Below are positions 58,261-64,000 of a stretch of DNA of 64,000 bases, piece after piece. The notes under the pieces are model-generated. The model was not told the DNA's origin. It worked only from the letters and a program-made list of their open reading frames with translations, and did not search any database. A program made the position numbers and the translations under genes. The first letter of the stretch is position 1; each line of letters begins with the position of its first letter. Source of the stretch: Dudresnaya verticillata. Lineage: Eukaryota. The stretch spans positions 2,046,001-2,110,000 of the forward strand of contig OZ374561.1 of assembly GCA_977862235.1 (NCBI GenBank), written 5' to 3'.

Positions 58261-59452
58261 CCACCCACCCGCCCATTGCTTACGCACCCATGCCTCTCTC
58301 TTTGGTTTGCATTGCTGGCCACGTCGGTGGCCATATTTGGAAACGTCAATTTTCTTTGCATTGCTGGAAAGGTACAGCTATTACACGTGTAATGATTTTG
58401 ACCCACCCAAGCCGCACCGCAGTGGCTACCAGCATTTTTCAACTTCAGGGGTTCATCGCGGGGGACGGTTTGTCTGTTTTCGCAGATGGGAGATTAGGCC
58501 CAACAGTCCTTTTTTTGGGATGGGAGACCGCGCCCATCTGGTCTCATTTTAGTGAAATGGGAGACCAACCCCACTGCTGCCCAAGGGAGCGAGGCCTTTC
58601 CCTCGTCCCTCCCTGTGGGACTAACGACCGCTGAGGCCATTTGTATAGCGCGTGACGTCCCGCGCTGCCGCGATGATCCTAAAGCGACCGCTTCAGTGTA
58701 CGGCCGCCCGGATGGGAAGCCAGGGGGTGATCAGCCCCACTGACCCCTGCCGGGGTGGGGGGGGTGACTACAGCGCGTGGGGGAAGGGTTTTATAGTGTA
58801 TCTTGGTTCTAAATCTAGCGCGCTGCGGACGGCGGGCACCCGCATTCGACCGTTACCAATTTGGTGCGGGTGCAGCGGCCGTAGTAATCCTAACGTCTAG
58901 AATTGCATGAATAAATGAACGTTTCGAATATGTATCGCAGAGCAAGTCCGTCATTGAAAACTTTCGAAGCACACGAAAGTGTTTCAGAAGGCGAGCACAA
59001 ATCACGGCGACAGTCGCTGGGCTGCTATGGGGCTTGGTCAACATTGTTGCAGCTGGCTCCAGGGTGACTCCTGTCACTGCACCTACCCTGATTTGGGAGA
59101 CCACAGCGATTTATTCCGAAGAAGATAAAGTCTCCCATAAATTTCCCAATACATGGCAAAGTGGTGGATACACATTGAGGCCTATCCGAAATTCACTGCG
59201 AGTTGCTGAAATATTTGTTGCTACCGTCCTCATTGAGGATTCCTATGCATGAGGCGTCTAGATACGATGTGTTGGCCTGGATGTAAAATGCATCTGGTAT
59301 AACTAGGGTTTAGGTACCCTACATGTCACAAATACAGCCAAGACATTCACTGAATGATATGTCTTGTAGATGCAGCAACACACAGACCGTCAGTACAATA
59401 TATTCCCCTCTGCTTCGCGTTAAGATCAATTGATCTGGTCTTCTGTTGTTCG

Positions 59453-60111
59453 TGTCGTTAACGGCGATGCGAGATAACCGGACGGGGCAGAAGGCGACAG
59501 CCCATGCGGACCTGTGGGGACATGGGGGAGCGATATTGCTGGCGACATTGCTGGAATACAGTATTTGACAAGGAAAGACTAGCGGCTGCTGCAAAGGGCA
59601 CTGGTGATATCCCCGCATCTGCAGCGAAGGGCCGAAGAGTCGAGAACGGGACTCAGTCGACGTTGGAGCACAATGCGCTCACTTGATCGCGCGAGGAGGG
59701 CTCAGGACGACGGCTGCGAATAGAACGCAGCGGGTCGAGCTCACGGGAGAATCGATGTTTTGTATTAACTTTGGCGCTGGCGCTCGCGACCGGAGGGGCG
59801 ACTTGAACCGAGGGGAATGCAGCGTCGCTGTCATTCCTCTGCGGGGCTGGGCTTGAGAATGGCTTATCGGTAAGCCAGCGGGTGCAGCTCAGCGCGTTCT
59901 TTGGTACGCGTTTGTTTTTCTTCTCTACGATTTCTGCACTGCTGTGCGAGAGGCGTTTGCGGTGTGCGAAACAGGAGAGGAATCACGCGGCAAGAAAAAG
60001 TTCTACTCACTCAAAGCTTTTCCATAACGACATTCCATTCCTTTCATTGGGTAGTCCATCACTTGCACGTCAAGTCTGCCTTGGTGTCTCAGGAGATTCA
60101 GTCCGACCACA
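59453..60111. mobile_element. Solo-LTR-like insertion (659 bp)
   Basis: TGTCGT...ACCACA termini; flanks GTTCG/GTTCT (one mismatch); empty site gatctggtcttctgtttttctgatg at ~48509. Confidence 0.65.
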
Positions 60112-60463
60112 GTTCTGATACCTGGGGCCGAAATTCTAGTGTCTGTGTTAACTGTTTGTGTCACGGTTTCTCACGGGTACATTAGCATTATTCTAAAACA
60201 ATCATCAGGAATGCAACTGCGCTACACCCTACTGAGTAGTTTATGTTATTATTGGTCTTCGTGAGGAGGCATACGGATATAATCGCGGGCTCTTGTAAAA
60301 TCCTTTCAAGGCACTGCTGTACTGTGCAGTCTTGTATACACGTCACAACAAGAGCTGCGAACGAGTACTAATGATGTCTGCTGCAAACCGACCAGAAACA
60401 AAAAACCGAACTAGCCCTGCATCAAATGCCACGAATGCTCTTCTACAGCACAATAACGTTATT

Positions 60464-60546
60464 TAGTCGATAGGGCGTGTGCCTCTATATGGGCCATAGT
60501 CGCCCGCGCAACCGTGCACGTTAAACACTCAATAATTTCCAATATT
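60464..60546 (+). mobile_element. Short retroposed LINE 3' end (83 bp)
   Basis: Perfect 14-bp TSD ACAATAACGTTATT (60450-60463, 60547-60560); shares the gtgtgc..atgggc..gtcgcc..taaa motif with the LINE fragment at 44386-44815. Confidence 0.72.
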
Positions 60547-61469
60547 ACAATAACGTTATTGCTAATTGATAACGGCATCACCTCTCCAGCTGTATACCTT
60601 GTTCCACTGCAATGCAGCGGCACAATATCTTGTAAAACCCTGTCACATCCTGTTGCGCTGCAGACCAGCGGCACAACATTGCAAACGGGCCTCTAAGTCG
60701 CCCGCGCAACTGTGCACCTTAAAGACTCCAAATTATAAACAGTTGCATTGAGAAGCAAAATCAAAAAGTATCCTAGAGCGATTTGAGTGCTATCTGTTCA
60801 ATAATATTTGCTGCTGCAGTAGTAATGCAGCACTTGATAGCTTGAGACAGAAAAGTTCAAATTTGTGCATGCAATGAAAACCTATACGCATCTCCATAGG
60901 GATATAGTTTCTTACCGAATAAAGTCCTCTCTCTCTCTCTCTCTATTTCTGTATCGCTACACTGCACAACCTTTATACACGGGCACTTCGAACAATAGAG
61001 AGTTACTGATAGTGCAGGCTTGTCGCTCCAGGGTCATGCATGTAATACGTGAACCCTGAATTCTCTTTTTCTCACAGCGAGACAAAGCCACAACCGAAGT
61101 CCACGCATTCCGGGAACTCATCAGAGCCATAATCTCCCTTCCCAGGAATTCAGAAAACCTCAGCTTGGAAGCACAATCAGCTATCGAACGTATATTTTAA
61201 ACTGATTTTTCTCACCCAGAGACGATAGAGAGAACCACCCAGAGATAATAGGGAGAACCGAAATGGCGTAGCAATATTTGCCTGAAGTCAAGGGTATATA
61301 ACCATCAGTCTGTTGTCAAACTAGCCCCAAGACATCTGCAACATCTTACCCTGAGCTTTCTCGTTCTCCTCGAAAAATACTCCTCTGGTCTCTCCGACAC
61401 AACCACTTGTGAAACTGCTACTGTGATATGTCTCCGGGTAAAATTGGGTCTCAAGCTTGTCCTCACCAC

Positions 61470-62381
61470 ATGTCAGCTGCTTTGGTTTCCATCATTTTGC
61501 TGTGCTCTGTCGCTTGGGCCACAGGGGAATTGCTCCACAAAACGGAAAACCGTCTCTATCACAAGGCCGATGACGGTTTGCGTAATGCATCTCATCAAGA
61601 AGAAGATCTAAAGTGTGACAAAAAGGCATTGCTCAGGGCGACGGTTTGTGGATGTTCTGAGATGAGCTTGAGAAAGGATTCCTCCATAACAAACGAGTGT
61701 AAAATACTGCTCGGCCCGGAATTTACGATGCTCCATACGCATTGCGATGAATTCAACCAGAAGGGAAGCATAGATCATTTGAAACTTCGCAAGGCACTCT
61801 CTGAAGAAAGTGCAAAATGCTTCGAGACGCACTTCAAATTTAACATTGATCGTGCAGAACTGAATCAGGTTTCATATGTTCCCGGTTATGAAGCAGCTAA
61901 GGCGACCTGGTTCTCAGTTGTTCGCCATTTAGTATCGTTTGATTCTCTGCCACCTGGTCGCCAACTGTCAAAAAATACAGAAAGACTCTCTTGGTGCAAA
62001 AAGGGGAAATGTGTGCCTCTCAGCTACCCAGTCTTTCGCTGTAAAGCCTGTTTCAAATGCAAGTGTGGGGAGGGTGCGAGAAATAGAAGGTGCCGGTGCA
62101 AGGCTTGTTTTGGGTGTCAGTGTAACAGCAAACAGCGGCAATGCAAGTGCATACATAGGAATGGATTTCGAACTTGTTGGTTTGACCGAATCCATTCCGT
62201 GCCAAACAACTGCCGTGCCTCGAAGTGTCACTGCAATTGCCTAGTCATAAAGGGAAGGAGAACATGTTTTCGTTGCGATTGTGCGGATCGGAACAATAGG
62301 TGGATGTCTCGTCCGCACTGCCCCGTTACACCCAGCATGAGTTCGTCACCGATGCCATGGTCGAGTCCGTCGCCAGAGTAA
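61470..62381 (+). CDS. Secreted cysteine-rich protein, copy 4 (C-terminal tail lost)
   Basis: Signal peptide, CDKKALLRATVCGC, complete Cys domain, Ser/Pro linker, then TAA; decayed tail homology continues to ~62507. Confidence 0.8.
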   Translation: MSAALVSIILLCSVAWATGELLHKTENRLYHKADDGLRNASHQEEDLKCDKKALLRATVCGCSEMSLRKDSSITNECKILLGPEFTMLHTHCDEFNQKGSIDHLKLRKALSEESAKCFETHFKFNIDRAELNQVSYVPGYEAAKATWFSVVRHLVSFDSLPPGRQLSKNTERLSWCKKGKCVPLSYPVFRCKACFKCKCGEGARNRRCRCKACFGCQCNSKQRQCKCIHRNGFRTCWFDRIHSVPNNCRASKCHCNCLVIKGRRTCFRCDCADRNNRWMSRPHCPVTPSMSSSPMPWSSPSPE

Positions 62382-62543
62382 AGTGAGATTCTTGCTCGTA
62401 TCGATATCAATGGAAAGAAATTGACTTAAACCTTCACTATAGCCTGGGATTCCGAAGACCTGCAAGGTTCAGCATTATGAATACCTGGGACTAGCATGTC
62501 ATCTTGACATGGGTTCCTGGGCTGCGAAGATTCAGAGCTTCAG

Positions 62544-62640
62544 CATTGGTAATTTGCCAAAAAGATCATTAGTTATTTGTCAGTAAAATCATTGGTATTT
62601 TGTGAGTAAGATCATTGGTAATTTTCCAAGTAAGATCATG
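62544..62640. repeat. Minisatellite, ~23-bp unit, ~4 copies
   Basis: (aagat)cattggtaatttgccaa-like units in direct tandem with no spacers. Confidence 0.7.
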
Positions 62641-62828
62641 TAGTGCTCAAAAGGATAGCAGACAACGTGAAAACTTAGTCCCTGTCCGTCACAGACTGGC
62701 TTCCGAACGAGTACGCGAAGCAGTTACAAGCAGGCATCAAATCGATTTAGCTCGTAGGATATGAGATTTGCTGTAATCATTATATAATATCATTCAGACC
62801 TTTCTGAATTCAAATCAATAGCACAGCA

Positions 62829-62897
62829 GGTGTGCTTGCCCATGGGCCATCGTCGCCCGCACAAGACCACCCTAAACAACCATTAAAATCAAACATT
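62829..62897 (+). mobile_element. Short retroposed LINE 3' end (69 bp)
   Basis: ACAGCA TSD (62823-62828, 62898-62903); same 3' motif family, including the shared aaacaaccatt; empty site at ~41545. Confidence 0.65.
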
Positions 62898-64000
62898 ACA
62901 GCAATAAGAACAGAAAGCCTAACGTACAAGGCGGTAGCAAACAATTGTGTTCTGGAACCCAGCTTAGAAGCAAGTTCTTGCAGGATGCCCTACACCTTCT
63001 CATTAGGTTAGTAGGAACGCCTAGTACCCACAATATGGTAATACACCTGATCGCAATGCTGATGCTCTCACTGCGTCACTGGATTGATTTTTCTCCCACA
63101 CATATGATTCAGTACGTACACCACTTTCACTTAATGGCCATGAAGATATTGTGTGCTGTTGTATTATTGTACAGTCCGGCCGCTGGGGATAAAGTCATCG
63201 GTTGGGATATTCATATGAATGAATAATGAATTTCTATGTTCAGTACCTTGGTTATGTTACTTCTGTTACTTAACTGATGCGAGCAAGAACTGCAGCGTGG
63301 TTTGGTTCTAAAAAACAAGCACTTCCCAACCTACTTCCCTACTAGGCTGCTGCTACCCTCTTGAATCAAATGCCTAGATCCCTTCCCCAGACTGAGCTGT
63401 TCGCGTTTGAGTTTGGGTGTTTCGGGACGTTCGCTCCCTGCTAATTGCTTTCTACATTTCCAGTTCGACTCAACTGCTTTTGGTCGAATTGACCGACTTT
63501 AGAACAATTTTTGAAGATGCTTTCACGCAATCGCAATCGCCAAGCACCACTGTTACTCCTCTTGATCAAATATCTGAGAGAAAGTCCGTCGATTAACCCT
63601 TCGAGAGACACAATAGTGTTTGGGAAGGTCGAGAAGCAAGGTGAGGCCCATCAGCAGTTCATCATGAACTGCTAGCGTTGCTGCTGCTATCATCCTAGGT
63701 TAGGATTCCTATAATGGGATGTCAAGATATCTTCCGAGAGGTTGCTACGCTCGCCACGAGGCATACTTTGTGGAAGTACTATTGGCTATCTTTGATCTTT
63801 GATGCTTACCATTGAGGCCTAACAAATCCTTCCAATTACCAACTACAGTAGTACTACAAGTGTAGTTGTATACCGTGAGTGGTTCCGTCCTGAATAGTCC
63901 TTTAATAGAGAGAGTTCATCTCTATGTGTGGTCTTTACTGAACTCCAGAGGGAAGGGAATGGTAAGTGTGTGTGAACTGAGAATACAGCACTATTGTCGA

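Larger units (their letters stand above)
53233..58926 (+). mobile_element. Tyrosine-recombinase retrotransposon (DIRS/PAT-like), full length but inactivated
   Basis: gag-like ORF, RT-RNase H-methyltransferase-like ORF and tyrosine recombinase ORF; 195-bp direct repeat; TTTCG at both junctions; empty site in the paralogous unit at 44091-44130. Confidence 0.93.
38790..63710 (+). repeat. Tandem array of four diverged multi-kb duplication units, each with a Cys-rich secreted protein gene
   Basis: Homologous non-coding anchors recur: tttctc(a/g)cgg..cattatt at ~39200/44993/48607/60166; gcatacgg.tat...ctc.tgtaaaatcctttcaa at ~39306/45098/48727/60269; downstream blocks 42100-43400 and 51600-53200. 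Confidence 0.9.

Noticed and set aside
58740..58820. GACTA...ATAGT resembling a group I intron P7 core; CTAACGA (58621) resembling a hammerhead core
   Set aside because: The pairing partners and remaining conserved elements could not be assembled; kept only as generic structure.
62544..62640. Short direct repeats that could suggest a CRISPR array
   Set aside because: Units are contiguous and degenerate with no unique spacers, no cas genes are present, and the context is eukaryotic.

Overview
Eukaryotic, intron-poor nuclear DNA, most likely from a red alga (inference from the MAFV-type transit peptide, short GT-AG introns and gene content). The left part (1-38 kb) is a gene neighbourhood: a PHD-finger protein (5' partial), a C2H2 zinc-finger factor followed by ~11 kb with no credible gene (including a possible decayed non-LTR retroelement), a spliced NICE-3/C1orf43-like gene missed by the ORF track, a DxD glycosyltransferase-like gene, two head-to-head WD40 genes resembling successive halves of the EDC4/VARICOSE propeller, plastid leuB, a GDT1/CMT1-like transporter, a DnaJ-type zinc-finger protein, a Pro/Gln-rich membrane protein, two intact cytochrome P450s plus a P450 pseudogene around a Sec14/CRAL-TRIO gene, and a TIP30-like Rossmann protein. 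The right part (39-64 kb) is a tandem array of four multi-kb duplicated units, each carrying a secreted cysteine-rich protein gene with a hypervariable linker. The array holds many insertions whose empty sites can be read in the sister units: solo-LTR-like elements, LINE 3' ends and a 5.7-kb tyrosine-recombinase (DIRS/PAT-like) retrotransposon. That element has a TTTCG integration core, a 195-bp split direct repeat with no B repeat, ~2 kb of dual-coding overlap and a hairpin-rich 3' tail. All family assignments are from motif recognition by eye, not database searches.
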